A stretch of 43,898 bases of DNA from a virus, in the IMG/VR virus record IMGVR_UViG_3300031233_000001. The stretch is one strand, 5' to 3'. Below are positions 32,967-42,515 of the stretch, piece by piece. Made by a program: the position numbers and the translations under genes. Positions within the stretch are counted from its first letter, which is position 1; each line of letters starts with the position of its first letter. Below the pieces are notes generated by a model. It made no database searches. It was not told the DNA's origin and was given only the letters and a program-made list of their open reading frames with translations.

Positions 32967-33024
32967 AGGCCAATTTGCTGACCTGGTGCATCTGGCTCGT
33001 GCTGTACCCACCTGGAGCCCGCCC

Positions 33025-33555
33025 ATGCTCGCGTCCATATACGTCAAACTCGCCGCGGTAGCCGTCCTCCTGTTCGCCCTGGCGGGCTTCGGCCTGTGGT
33101 GCCATCACAAGGGCGCCACGAGTGTGCAAGCGCAGTGGGACGCCGCCAAGGCGGTGCAGACCGCCGCCGCCGACCGTCAGGCGCTCGCTAGCACTACGCA
33201 GACCCTAAGCTGGACGCAGCAGTTCGCCCAGACCGCTACCCACTACGAGGCCTTGAACCATGAAACGACGCCCGCCGTTGCTGATGCTGTCACTACTGCT
33301 GTTGCCGCTGGCACTGTGCGCCTGCGGGATGAAGCGCCCACCGTCGCCTGCCCTGGCACAGTGTCCGTCGCTGCCAGCCGTTCCCGCGCCGCTGATGCTG
33401 CCGCCACCCAAGCCCTTGCAGACCGCCTCACAAATTCAATCGCTGCTGTTCGAGCCGGGGACATCGCTGACGCCCGCGAGCGCCAGCTCGGTCAGCAAAT
33501 AATCGCCTTGCAGGCGCTGCTCGCGATCGAACGACAACAAAGCCCGGCACAGTAG
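33025..33555 (+). CDS. Rz: i-spanin (Rz-like)
   Basis: ATG at 33025 with a GGAG ribosome-binding site. N-terminal TM LAAVAVLLFALAGFGLW, then an Ala/Gln-rich periplasmic domain. Contains the embedded o-spanin ORF. Confidence 0.65.
   Translation: MLASIYVKLAAVAVLLFALAGFGLWCHHKGATSVQAQWDAAKAVQTAAADRQALASTTQTLSWTQQFAQTATHYEALNHETTPAVADAVTTAVAAGTVRLRDEAPTVACPGTVSVAASRSRAADAAATQALADRLTNSIAAVRAGDIADARERQLGQQIIALQALLAIERQQSPAQ
33260..33502 (+). CDS. Rz1: o-spanin (Rz1-like lipoprotein) embedded out of frame in Rz
   Basis: Signal peptide MKRRPPLLMLSLLLLPLALCAC with a lipobox Cys, and a Pro-rich mature part. Entirely inside 33025-33555. Confidence 0.6.
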   Translation: MKRRPPLLMLSLLLLPLALCACGMKRPPSPALAQCPSLPAVPAPLMLPPPKPLQTASQIQSLLFEPGTSLTPASASSVSK

Positions 33556-33561
33556 TGCCGG
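33544..33561. terminator. Short hairpin between the convergent lysis and tail arms
   Basis: 7-bp stem ccggcac/gtgccgg with loop agta. Weak T-tracts. Confidence 0.3.
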
Positions 33562-33573
33562 CACCATCGATCT

Positions 33574-34920
33574 TTACCATTCGAAGATAACGATACCGCT
33601 GGTACCGGCAGCACCGGTGGCGCCATTTCCTGCCGTGGTGCCATAAGCGCCGCCGCCGCCGCCGCCGCCCGCACCGAAACCGCCGCCCGCACCACCAGGG
33701 ACGCCCCCATTGGTGCCCGCGCGACCACCAGGGCCGCCACCGCCGAAAGGTGTAGCAGCACCATCACCGCCTGAACCCATGAGGTTACCGTCGAAGCCAT
33801 TCTGGCCAGACGGAGAACCCGAGCCGCCCAAGCCGCCCGGGCCGCCGCCCGCAATCGTGTTGCTGATTACAAACCCCCCGGTAGCCCCGGCGCCGCCTCC
33901 GGTAAGTGTCTGCAAGGCGCCGATGACAGTATTACCGCCGGCGGCACCGGCGGCACCGGCGGCACCGATAGTGACGGCAATCACCTGCCCCGGTGTGACG
34001 GTGAAAGGTACGCGGATGATGGACTGCCCAGCGCCGCCGCCGCCGCCGCCGCCGCCGCCCACACCAAGACTTTGGCCGCCTGAATTACCACTACCACCAC
34101 CACCACCACCACCACCTGCGCAACCTGACACCCAAATCGTCGTCACGCCGACCGGGACGGTGAAGTTGCCCGAAGCTGTGACACGCTGCACGCCTTTTTG
34201 CTGCACCTGCAGGGGCTGCGTCGCCGATGCGCCTGGGGCAATATTTTCCGCAAGTTGGGTGGTATTCGTCCCATCACCGCGCACGCGCGTAGGCGAACTA
34301 TTTTGTGGAATTATCACGCCCGAGCCTGCAGCGGTTTTCACGGTCACCGTGAAGGCACCTGTGCTCGTGTTGGTAACGGTCCACTCCTGCAGCCATGGCG
34401 GCACGACGATGACCAGGTTGCTGGTCAGTACGCCCGCGATCGACAGGCTGCGCTTAACGGCCTGCGCGGGCGTCAGTGTAACCGTGCCGCCTGTCTGGCC
34501 CGTAAGCGCTAGCGTGCCGTAGTTGTAACCGGGCACCCAGTTCGTGCCGACGGTGTCGGGATTGGCTGTGTTGTTGTCGACAACGGAGATCCAGTCGCCC
34601 TGGCCATCCGCAGTCGAGATCATGGCGCCTTTAGCGTAGCCGTTGACGTTTGGATCGGCCGACCATGTCGCGTCAAACGGGAGTGGACCGCCGCCCATAG
34701 CCCACCAGGTGAAACGGGCGATCTGGTTCATTGCGCCGTTGAAGTCTTCCAGCTGCGGCGGCACGCCGCCCGACTCCGGCGGCTGACCGGTCAACGGGGG
34801 CGAGCCTAGCGACAACGAGAAACGCGTGGGGTCGGCCGTGGTCGCAGGCAGCTCCACTTTCGCGCTGTCGTTGGTGGCGAACGGAATGGTCCATTTGAGC
34901 GGGGTTGCGGAAATTTGCAT
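33574..34920 (-). CDS. Tail fibre protein with a Gly-rich C-terminal domain
   Basis: The N-terminal GGVPPQLEDFNGAMNQIARFTWW motif is common in fibre proximal domains. Poly-Gly runs and GGxGG repeats. Last gene of the tail arm. Confidence 0.7.
   Translation of the reverse strand: MQISATPLKWTIPFATNDSAKVELPATTADPTRFSLSLGSPPLTGQPPESGGVPPQLEDFNGAMNQIARFTWWAMGGGPLPFDATWSADPNVNGYAKGAMISTADGQGDWISVVDNNTANPDTVGTNWVPGYNYGTLALTGQTGGTVTLTPAQAVKRSLSIAGVLTSNLVIVVPPWLQEWTVTNTSTGAFTVTVKTAAGSGVIIPQNSSPTRVRGDGTNTTQLAENIAPGASATQPLQVQQKGVQRVTASGNFTVPVGVTTIWVSGCAGGGGGGGGSGNSGGQSLGVGGGGGGGGGAGQSIIRVPFTVTPGQVIAVTIGAAGAAGAAGGNTVIGALQTLTGGGAGATGGFVISNTIAGGGPGGLGGSGSPSGQNGFDGNLMGSGGDGAATPFGGGGPGGRAGTNGGVPGGAGGGFGAGGGGGGGAYGTTAGNGATGAAGTSGIVIFEW
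34033..34116. repeat. Trinucleotide repeats (GCC)x9 and (ACC)x8 encoding Gly9 and Gly8 in the fibre gene
   Basis: 34033-34059 is gcc x9 and 34093-34116 is acc x8 on the + strand, which read GGC and GGT on the coding strand. Confidence 0.9.
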
Positions 34921-34929
34921 GGCGTGGCC

Positions 34930-35619
34930 TTATGGCTGATAGAACGGGCTTTGACTCCACCCTGTGACAGCGGCAGGATCGGCGCCGGTATTAGCGCCCG
35001 CGAACCCAAAGGGATTATAGGTCAACGTCTCGTAGATGTATTCGGCCGTCGTGCCAGCGGGCTGCGGGAACAGCCCCGACTCGATAATGGACTGTTCGAC
35101 CGGGGAGGGAAAGAACTCGAAGTGATAGCCGATGTGCATCGGGTGCGCCGGGTCGTAGCCCACATAACAACGCCCGCGACTGCCGAACATTGAGCGCATG
35201 AGCGCATTGATTGACGGACAGTCGGAGCTAGCGATATTGGCCGCAGCCTTTACCAGCAGCAGCTGACGGTACGCCTCATCTTGCAGGGGAAAGGCAGTTG
35301 TACCGGCGGCCGCGCCGTTGTACCAGGGCGCTTGCGACCAGGGCTGCCATTGCGTGCCCGGATGCGCATTGATATTCCAGCCGAAGTTATCGCCGGGTAG
35401 CTGCTCGATCTGCAGGTAACGCGACTGGCCGAGGATGCGCCCCCAGATGTCCAGACCGAAGCCTTGCGCCGTGGAGATGTCCCACACGTTGGCCAGGAAC
35501 CCGGCGCTAAATTGCGACACGTCGACCCATTGATCGAAGTCGGCCAGCAGCGCCAACAAGGTGTTGGAGTTGCTGAACTGCTTCATCACGGTCTTGCCGA
35601 GATAGGCGCTCACAGTCAA
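34930..35619 (-). CDS. Baseplate/fibre-adaptor protein (DUF2612-like)
   Basis: Follows baseplate J. TTGA start/stop overlap at 35619, with an alternative ATG at 35586. Family call from memory. Confidence 0.45.
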   Translation of the reverse strand: MTVSAYLGKTVMKQFSNSNTLLALLADFDQWVDVSQFSAGFLANVWDISTAQGFGLDIWGRILGQSRYLQIEQLPGDNFGWNINAHPGTQWQPWSQAPWYNGAAAGTTAFPLQDEAYRQLLLVKAAANIASSDCPSINALMRSMFGSRGRCYVGYDPAHPMHIGYHFEFFPSPVEQSIIESGLFPQPAGTTAEYIYETLTYNPFGFAGANTGADPAAVTGWSQSPFYQP

Positions 35620-36884
35620 ATGCTCACTGCGTTTACGGTGATGTTAAGCGCCAGGCAGACCGGCTGCTGGTCGATGCCTGGTGTCAGTGACGCGCCCGAG
35701 CTCGGGGCGGCTGTCGTGCTTACGAACAGGGCCACGGGCGTGATGTTGCCCAGGGCGAGCAATGGCGCGGCATACTCGGCGGCAACGATCTGCCCGCCGA
35801 TGCGCGCACGACTGACGGCGATCGTGCCATCTTCCGAGAGGAAGCCATCGGCGAACGTCGCGGCCACGGCCTGCTGCACCTGCTGCACGTAAGTGGCTGG
35901 CAGCGTCGACAGATTGGCCACGTTGACCGTGAAATAGACCTGCAGCACCTGCGGGCGCACGAAGTTGATCAGATAGGTGGGGTACGGCGCGACATAGTTT
36001 ACCGTGTCCTGCACGTTGACCGTGATCAGTGTGCCAAACCCCGCCGAGGTGGGCAGGCCGCAGCCGCAGTCAAGTTTGGAGTTGATGGCCGCCGCGACAT
36101 CTGCATCCGCGCCACCGCTGACGATGATGGCAATCGAGTGAGCAGGGATAGGATAGTGGGTCGTGCCGGCGTTGATCGCCGTGTCACCGCCGTTGTTGTA
36201 CACGTAGGCGTCCGTGACGCCCGTCACGTTGCCGATGGCCGCGCGCACGTTAGCCGGCTGGCCGACGCCGCCAATTTCGACCGATTCTGACCGGCGCTGC
36301 TCGAAGGACTGGCGCGATTCGGTGTCCGTGCCGGGTGTGCTGGCCACGCTGTTGCTGATGCTCTCCCACCCTGGCACCTGCTGGTAAATCGTCAGGTCAT
36401 TGACACCCGCTGCCGGTGCGCTGCCGGTGACCGTCGCCTGGAGTGTCACTGCAGCCGTGCTGAGCGGCCCGAACGTGACGTCCGTGGTCGTCGCCCAGAT
36501 TGTGTCGTCACTTGACTGGGCTAGCGAGCCGGCGGGTAGCAGTTGCGACGGCGTGCCCACGACGGTCGCTGCGACGGTCGCTGCGGTCGCCGCCTGGCGA
36601 GTTAGAAAGTAGATGCGCCCCAGCGCGTCCTGATAGGTGCCCTGCGAGGTCATCGGGTCGACGTTGGCGACCATCTGGGCGAGCGCGGCAAAGAACGCCG
36701 ACACCATGTAGGACTGCGACTGCTGCAGCTGCCCCTGAGGCGTCGTCAGCTCTGTGTTGAGCGTCTTTCCCGTGAGGGCGAAGGCTTGCACCCAATCCTG
36801 TTGTACGCCCGCCAGCACGGCCTGCGGTGCGGGAACGGATACGCCCGTAGGGGTAAAGGTCGGCAGAGGTACGTTGGTGGTCAT
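35616..36884 (-). CDS. Baseplate J-like wedge protein
   Basis: 422 aa. PGTDTESRQSFEQRRSESV resembles the E(S/T)D..R.R baseplate J signature. Position between the spike and the fibre adaptor. Confidence 0.7.
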   Translation of the reverse strand: MTTNVPLPTFTPTGVSVPAPQAVLAGVQQDWVQAFALTGKTLNTELTTPQGQLQQSQSYMVSAFFAALAQMVANVDPMTSQGTYQDALGRIYFLTRQAATAATVAATVVGTPSQLLPAGSLAQSSDDTIWATTTDVTFGPLSTAAVTLQATVTGSAPAAGVNDLTIYQQVPGWESISNSVASTPGTDTESRQSFEQRRSESVEIGGVGQPANVRAAIGNVTGVTDAYVYNNGGDTAINAGTTHYPIPAHSIAIIVSGGADADVAAAINSKLDCGCGLPTSAGFGTLITVNVQDTVNYVAPYPTYLINFVRPQVLQVYFTVNVANLSTLPATYVQQVQQAVAATFADGFLSEDGTIAVSRARIGGQIVAAEYAAPLLALGNITPVALFVSTTAAPSSGASLTPGIDQQPVCLALNITVNAVSI

Positions 36885-36914
36885 AGGCCGATTCTATCCG
36901 ATGTCGGGCGAGCG

Positions 36915-37631
36915 TTAGAGGGTCATGTTACCGGTATTGCTCGGGCCCGTCTGGACGCCCGGGTGCACGTGGTTGTTGACGCTGCCGCGCGGCACGATGA
37001 CATCGGGCGCCGTGATATTCAGGTTGGTCGTGATGCCGCTAGCAGTCATTTGCCAGGTGCCCGAGCCCGTCGTCTGGGTGATGCCGTTGGGCGCCGACAT
37101 CGAAATGGTCGTGGCCGCTTCCAGCGTCAGTGTGTCGGTGGACTTGATGTCGATCCCGCCGGCCGGATTGAACTTCACCCACTGGGTCGGGTCGGCGTTC
37201 AGCACGCCACCAAAGTAAAGGCCGTCTGCCGTATTGAACGCCCGGTTAGTAGGCGCGGCGCCTTCCTTCTGGGTCGCGATCACGTTGGTGATGTCACGCT
37301 CGGCAAAGATAGCCAAGCCGATGTCGCCCACGACGGGCGCGAGAACGATCGCCGAATGGCCGCCCTGCAGCTGAAAGTAAGGTATTTTGTAAATGGGCGT
37401 CTGGGCGATGACGTATCCGTTGGTATCCTGGTCCAGCACCAACGGCTGCACGTCGACAAATCCCACCTTACCCGCCGTGGGGTAGACCGCCAGCACCTTC
37501 ACCAGATCGGCCGTGTGGATCTGCCGAATCAGGTTGGTGATGATGAACAGTTGCGCCTGATCGGGGTCGAATTGCGCCTCGAACGGACTGTTGTACTTGG
37601 CCGGCGGCGGGGTAAGTGTGGTTGTCGACAT
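36915..37631 (-). CDS. Baseplate central spike (gpV / gp138-like)
   Basis: N-terminal OB-like region (ADLVKVLAVYP...VDVQPLV), beta-helix-like repeats, and a C-terminal NNHVHPG (HxH apex-like motif). GGAGG ribosome-binding site. Confidence 0.55.
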   Translation of the reverse strand: MSTTTLTPPPAKYNSPFEAQFDPDQAQLFIITNLIRQIHTADLVKVLAVYPTAGKVGFVDVQPLVLDQDTNGYVIAQTPIYKIPYFQLQGGHSAIVLAPVVGDIGLAIFAERDITNVIATQKEGAAPTNRAFNTADGLYFGGVLNADPTQWVKFNPAGGIDIKSTDTLTLEAATTISMSAPNGITQTTGSGTWQMTASGITTNLNITAPDVIVPRGSVNNHVHPGVQTGPSNTGNMTL

Positions 37632-37634
37632 GGC

Positions 37635-37802
37635 CTAGCCTCCGTAGAGCTCGACGCTGACGACCGTCCATAGCGTGCCGGCCACCTGCGCCGTAGCCAC
37701 CGTCTGCGCGGTCGGCAGGTCCACCGCATTGATCAACACCGACCGCTGGGGGTAGACCGGATGTTTGAACCAGGCCAGGTAAGGCGCTACGACGCTAGCC
37801 AT
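37635..37802 (-). CDS. Small baseplate-module protein (55 aa; below the ORF-track cutoff)
   Basis: My own translation is MASVVAPYLAWFKHPVYPQRSVLINAVDLPTAQ...VELYGG. It fills the gap exactly, overlaps the upstream stop by 8 nt, and carries the ribosome-binding site of the next gene. Confidence 0.4.
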   Translation of the reverse strand: MASVVAPYLAWFKHPVYPQRSVLINAVDLPTAQTVATAQVAGTLWTVVSVELYGG

Positions 37803-38718
37803 TGGTTACCCCCGCGGGTTGTCCGCTGTTGTTGCCCTTCGCACCGAACGAGTTAGCGGCAAGCTGTGTCGTCCACTGGCCGCCCGGCAGATTGGGCTCT
37901 AGTGTATGGGATAACACGGCGGCGACCCATAGCGTGCGCGTCACGAAGTCAAACTCAGGCACCACGATATTGAGCGCGCAGCCGGGCGTGATCAATGGGT
38001 TAAAGAGCGTGGCAAGCGTTAACCCACTGGTGGAATACACCGGATAACCCTGCAGGCCCGTGTCGGCCGACACGTCAATTTCGTCAGACGTGAGGGGCGC
38101 TAGCGCGGTGCGCACCTGCAAGCGCTGCAGGTTCGGCGTCCAGGTCAGGTCAGGGTAGTGCGCCATGAGCTGCCCGACCTGATCTAGCGCCGCGCCCGTG
38201 ACGCGTGTAGCTGGTAGCTGGTAGGTCGGTGCACTCGCGGCGTAGTCGACCTGGAAACCGGCCGGGCCGGCGATCGCTTCCAGCGCGGACTTGAGCGTCA
38301 CACCGCCCGGCGTGCTGTAAGGGCTCGCCGGCTGCAGGGTGAGCGCCATGCCGGCGTTTGCCTCGATGTCTAGAAACACCTGCGGCATGCGCGAGGCGTT
38401 CACTGCTGACCAGGTGATGACGCCTTGGAAGAACGGTATAAAGCCCGAGCCGTCCCAGACGTTGATCATCACGGTGTCAGTGCCTTGCGGCGTGAGAGAT
38501 TCCAGCCACAGGCGCGCAATCTGGTTCATAGTTGCCAGCGGCACGCCGTAAATTTCAATCTTGGCGTTGCCAAACTGCTTGCCGCCCTGACGCACCATGA
38601 TGCGCATGCGGTGCTGCTGAAACGTGTAGGTCTGCTGCGCCGGATTGCCATTGGCATCGGGGCGGCTGACCGTCACAACCACCTGGGCAATGCGTGCAAC
38701 ATACGGATTGAAGGGCAT
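37795..38718 (-). CDS. Baseplate hub-like / tail protein (307 aa)
   Basis: Immediately downstream of the tape measure (TGATG overlap). Function inferred from position only. Confidence 0.45.
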   Translation of the reverse strand: MPFNPYVARIAQVVVTVSRPDANGNPAQQTYTFQQHRMRIMVRQGGKQFGNAKIEIYGVPLATMNQIARLWLESLTPQGTDTVMINVWDGSGFIPFFQGVITWSAVNASRMPQVFLDIEANAGMALTLQPASPYSTPGGVTLKSALEAIAGPAGFQVDYAASAPTYQLPATRVTGAALDQVGQLMAHYPDLTWTPNLQRLQVRTALAPLTSDEIDVSADTGLQGYPVYSTSGLTLATLFNPLITPGCALNIVVPEFDFVTRTLWVAAVLSHTLEPNLPGGQWTTQLAANSFGAKGNNSGQPAGVTNG

Positions 38719-40517
38719 CAACGCACCGCCGAGTTATACGACTGCACGCCACTTTGCCGCGCAATGCCAGTGGCTAGCTCGTTTGGCGTGTTGGCCACCA
38801 CCGTCATCGACTGGATCGAGAAGGTGTTTCCCGCCGTGTCCTTTGAACCGTTTGCGCTCGACGTCTGCGCGCCGTTCGCACGTTGGTATTGCGCAGCAAT
38901 ATCCGCCGCGCGCTGGCCGCGTTGGGCATCGGCCGCCGCGTCGCCGTGTGCCTCGTAAACTCGAGAGTAGGCCGAGCCCAACGCCCGCGCATCGTCGCCG
39001 CCACCGGCAAACGATTCGGCCAGCTTGGACTTCTCATAAGGGTCGGTCAGCATGAACTGAATCTGTTGATCAACGCTCGCCTGGTCGGGCGTCACGCCGT
39101 AGCGTGCGCGAAACGTTTCGGTACGGGGGCCGCGCCACTGCGCTAAACCGCGCGCGCCCGTGCCGCCGCCTTCCCTGTTGACGTTAGCCGGGTTGAGCGA
39201 GGACTCCGCCTGCCAATTCGCCACCACAGCCGCCGCCTGCGGCACGCTGAGGCCGTTCTGCACCAGCTTGCTGGTAAGGGCTAGGGCGTCGGAAGGCGCG
39301 GCCTGGCCGGGCGCGGCCGCGGCCGCGGCGGCAGGCGGCGCATTGATCCAGTCGATCGCCGTCTGCGCCGGCGCCGGTCCGTTGGCGCGCGCGTTCTTGA
39401 CCGTCTCGGACCATAGATTCTTGGTCCACTCCCACGCGCCGCCCACGTCGGCCTTGAACTGCGGGTTCAGTTTCGGTAGCAGGCTGGACGCCCAGGCTGT
39501 GACGTCCTTGAGCACTTGCCACAGTTCCTTCAGGCCGAAGGCCACCACGTCCACAACCTGACCGACAGCGTCGAGCGCGACCTCCAGCCCGTGCAGTGTG
39601 GCACCGAGCGTCGGCGATTCCTTGTTGACGACAGTCATAAAGCCGTCGAGGCCGCCACCCGCGGCCGCCACCCTGTCTGCGAACGCGCTAGCCTGCACGG
39701 CCGCGCGTGACAGCCAGTCGGCGACACGTTCCGTCACCGGCTGCAGCGCCGTAGCTAGTGTGTTAGATAGGCTGACTGCGCTGGCTTTCATCGCGGCTAG
39801 CGCATCGGACACGGCGTCCAGCGCCTTGCGGTTCTCGGTGGACGCTTCGGCCAGCGAGCGCGTGTAAGCCTCGCGGGCATCGGTCTCCGACTTGATCATC
39901 AAAATCAGGTCGGGTGACACGCCCTGTGCCGATAGTGTCGATTCGAGGTGTTGCTGCTGGGCAGGCGCGGCGCGGCGATAGACGTTCTGGGCGTTCGCCA
40001 GGATGTCAGGAATCGCCATGTCGGGCGACACGTTGATGCCCGCACGTGCGAATGCCTGGAGCGTCGGCGCCTCACCGGTGAGACGGAACTGTTTCTGCTC
40101 TTTGGCCAGATTGGCAATTGCGTCCGCGCCGGCATCCGCGTCCGCGCCCAGGCGGCGCGCCGTGGAGCCCCACGCCTGCAACTCACGGTTCGATAGGCCC
40201 GTGCTGACGCCCTGCCGGCGCAGGCCGAGCTCGAACGCGTTAAGCGACGTGAGCGAACCGACGATAGCGGCGCCCAGGCCCGCCACCGCTAGCACGACGG
40301 CGCCCATGGTCTTAGTGAACGCTTTGGCTTCGGTCGTCAGTGCGCGCCAGCGCTTCTGCTGGCCCTCGTCCCGACGCTTGCGCTTGACATCGCGGTCTTT
40401 TTGCTTGGACTCGGTTTTGTCGACCTGGTCATCGACCTGCTTTTCGGCTTTCTTGTACTCGTCCGCCTTGAGGCGGAGCACCACCACCAGCTCGTCTACC
40501 ACATTAGCGTCAGTCAT
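38718..40517 (-). CDS. Tape measure protein with a C-terminal lysozyme-like domain
   Basis: 599 aa. Charged coiled-coil N-terminus, an Ala-rich helical body, and ANWQAESSLNPANVNREGGGTGARGLAQWRGPR (tail-lysozyme-type motif). Confidence 0.7.
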   Translation of the reverse strand: MTDANVVDELVVVLRLKADEYKKAEKQVDDQVDKTESKQKDRDVKRKRRDEGQQKRWRALTTEAKAFTKTMGAVVLAVAGLGAAIVGSLTSLNAFELGLRRQGVSTGLSNRELQAWGSTARRLGADADAGADAIANLAKEQKQFRLTGEAPTLQAFARAGINVSPDMAIPDILANAQNVYRRAAPAQQQHLESTLSAQGVSPDLILMIKSETDAREAYTRSLAEASTENRKALDAVSDALAAMKASAVSLSNTLATALQPVTERVADWLSRAAVQASAFADRVAAAGGGLDGFMTVVNKESPTLGATLHGLEVALDAVGQVVDVVAFGLKELWQVLKDVTAWASSLLPKLNPQFKADVGGAWEWTKNLWSETVKNARANGPAPAQTAIDWINAPPAAAAAAAPGQAAPSDALALTSKLVQNGLSVPQAAAVVANWQAESSLNPANVNREGGGTGARGLAQWRGPRTETFRARYGVTPDQASVDQQIQFMLTDPYEKSKLAESFAGGGDDARALGSAYSRVYEAHGDAAADAQRGQRAADIAAQYQRANGAQTSSANGSKDTAGNTFSIQSMTVVANTPNELATGIARQSGVQSYNSAVR

Positions 40518-40520
40518 AGG

Positions 40521-41114
40521 TCAGCCCACGATGTAGGCGCTGGCGTTTGCAAGCGCGGTTTGCGGGAGGCTGGCGACGGACGTGAACAGCTGCCCGAGCT
40601 GTTGCACCGGCCCTGCGAGTGCTTCCAGCGGGTTGGTGTAGCCGCCCGCGCTGGAATCGATTTGGGTCACCTGCGTGAAAATCAGCTGCAGGCGCAGGAT
40701 GTTGCTGCCGCGGTCCGGGCGCGTCTCGTACGACAACCCGGTCAGGGTGTAGTCGACGAACACATCCTGCGGCGAAATGAGCGTGTACAGCTGCAGCGGA
40801 TTGTTCGCCTCCAGCTGGCGGATCGCCGCGAGCCAGGAGAAGCGCGCGAGATCGCTGCCCGTCTTGATCATCTCGACCGTTACGGTCTGCGGCCGGCGCA
40901 CCTTGTTGTAGAGCGCGAACGCGCCCGTTTCCACCGGATAGTCAGAAATCTGCGTTTCGTACCGCGGCGAAAACTCGCCCCACGAGGAGGGGATGGTCAG
41001 CGGGATCAGGCTGTCAGACGCCACCACCGCATAGATCGGCGTCGGCGGGTTCAGGCTCGGAATGTTCGACGCAATGAGCGCCAAAGCATTAAAGGCTGCG
41101 ACCGACGCGACCAT
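40521..41114 (-). CDS. Tail-module protein of unknown function (197 aa)
   Basis: GGGAG ribosome-binding site. Directly upstream of the tape measure. Confidence 0.5.
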   Translation of the reverse strand: MVASVAAFNALALIASNIPSLNPPTPIYAVVASDSLIPLTIPSSWGEFSPRYETQISDYPVETGAFALYNKVRRPQTVTVEMIKTGSDLARFSWLAAIRQLEANNPLQLYTLISPQDVFVDYTLTGLSYETRPDRGSNILRLQLIFTQVTQIDSSAGGYTNPLEALAGPVQQLGQLFTSVASLPQTALANASAYIVG

Positions 41115-41118
41115 GATC

Positions 41119-41523
41119 TTACGCTCCCATGTCGAAATTCAGCTTGACGAACGCTAGCAGGATATCCCCAAGCGTGCGGATCTCGCGAATGTCAGTGGGG
41201 AGTAAAGCGCGCCACGCCTCGGGGTGCTGCGGGTCCGGTGCGATGCGGACATAGCGCAAGGCTTCGGTCACCAGCGCGTGGACGGCGGCCGGGTCCGCGC
41301 CCTGGAGTACCTGCAGAATCGCGTCAATCGACTCGAAATTATCGCCATCGCCCTTGGTCATCAAGGCGGACAGCAGCGCTTCGTAGCTGGCCACCTTGAG
41401 CGCGGACAGTAGGCGCAGGACGTAGCCCGACAGCGCTAGCGGGTCGACTTCGGAGACTTCAAAGCGCTTGCTGGTGTCGCGGCCGTAGCTGGCAAAGAAC
41501 GCGGTGACCTTGGTGTCATCCAT
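41119..41523 (-). CDS. Possible tail assembly chaperone (134 aa)
   Basis: Acidic helical protein two genes upstream of the tape measure. Position-based inference. Confidence 0.4.
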   Translation of the reverse strand: MDDTKVTAFFASYGRDTSKRFEVSEVDPLALSGYVLRLLSALKVASYEALLSALMTKGDGDNFESIDAILQVLQGADPAAVHALVTEALRYVRIAPDPQHPEAWRALLPTDIREIRTLGDILLAFVKLNFDMGA

Positions 41524-41525
41524 GG

Positions 41526-42101
41526 TTAATCCTTGTGGGCTTGTTGTTGGTAGGCGCGCCAGGCGTGGATCGCCTCGACGTTGACCAGTTCGACCAGATT
41601 GAACACGTCCTCGGTGCTAAGCACCGTCTCAAGTTCGCGGTAGGTGGCCTGTTTGGAGTGTAACACCGCGGCGATATGCGGCGAACAGAAGGCGGCGCGG
41701 GTGTCAGCGCTGCCGGACTTGATCGAGGCAATCTGCATGGCGATCGGGATGCCGACCGTCTCGCGACCGATCAGGAACCCCACGTGCAGCAGCAGGGCAG
41801 CCTGCTGGAGCCGTGAGATCGAGCGCCAGTCCTTGAGGTGATGCACCACGTCCAGGCGCTCACCACTGACCAGCGTGCCATCCACGAAGGGCTGGAGCAG
41901 CAGCGAACCGCGCTCGCCGAGCGCCCGCACCGCCTCGGTGTGCTTCATGGCCAGGGCCACCACCCCGCCCTCGGGCGCCTCGCCTATGGCCGCCAGGGCG
42001 GCGCGGGCGCAGCGGTCCGCCACCAATGCCGGTAGCTCGGTCAGCTCGATGGCGCGGCCACTGTCGCGACCGGTCAGTTCGACGCGCGCGGACTTAAGCA
42101 C
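41526..42101 (-). CDS. Tail-module protein of unknown function (191 aa)
   Basis: GTG start overlapping the upstream stop by 8 nt. Confidence 0.5.
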   Translation of the reverse strand: MLKSARVELTGRDSGRAIELTELPALVADRCARAALAAIGEAPEGGVVALAMKHTEAVRALGERGSLLLQPFVDGTLVSGERLDVVHHLKDWRSISRLQQAALLLHVGFLIGRETVGIPIAMQIASIKSGSADTRAAFCSPHIAAVLHSKQATYRELETVLSTEDVFNLVELVNVEAIHAWRAYQQQAHKD

Positions 42102-42291
42102 GGGGTAATTGCGACGTGTCGAAATCGTCAGGCACGCGACAGATGACGACCGTCTCGCCTTTACCCCCTAACGCTAAGTTGTTGCTGTTAGGCGCCAGAC
42201 ACAGCACGTAGTCCGCTGCGCCAAGTGCGTTCAGCTCTGCGCAGACTTCGCGAGACCAAGAGGTCGCCAGCATGAATGAGACGAGCTTCAT
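42094..42291 (-). CDS. Small hypothetical protein (65 aa)
   Basis: The ATG at 42291 forms an ATGA overlap with the upstream stop. The longer track ORF (to 42648) overlaps two other genes. Confidence 0.45.
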   Translation of the reverse strand: MKLVSFMLATSWSREVCAELNALGAADYVLCLAPNSNNLALGGKGETVVICRVPDDFDTSQLPRA

Positions 42292-42515
42292 ACGAAAGCC
42301 TCCACGGCCCGGCGCCAGCGGTCGCGGTCGCCCCCTTCCATGTAGAACTTGCTGGCCGTGATCAATTCCTCGACGGCGACTTTCAGCGCGGCATAGTCGC
42401 GCTGGTGGCCGCGCACGGTGCCGGGCTTGAAGTACTCGGGGAACATGGCCGCGTCGTCCATGTAGGCCTGGACGGCGTACAGCGTGGCCAGTGCGTCGAT
42501 ACGTTTGGCGGTCAT
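42288..42515 (-). CDS. Small hypothetical protein (75 aa)
   Basis: TGATG coupling to the upstream gene. Confidence 0.45.
   Translation of the reverse strand: MTAKRIDALATLYAVQAYMDDAAMFPEYFKPGTVRGHQRDYAALKVAVEELITASKFYMEGGDRDRWRRAVEAFV

Noticed and set aside
33574-34920. Diversity-generating retroelement target or phase-variable fibre switch.
   Set aside because: No reverse transcriptase or template repeat exists in the genome. Only the simple triplet repeats are reported.
40521-41523. Programmed -1 frameshift chaperone pair upstream of the tape measure.
   Set aside because: The two ORFs are separated by a stop, a 4-nt gap and a separate GGGAG ribosome-binding site with its own ATG. I saw no slippery heptamer in an overlap.
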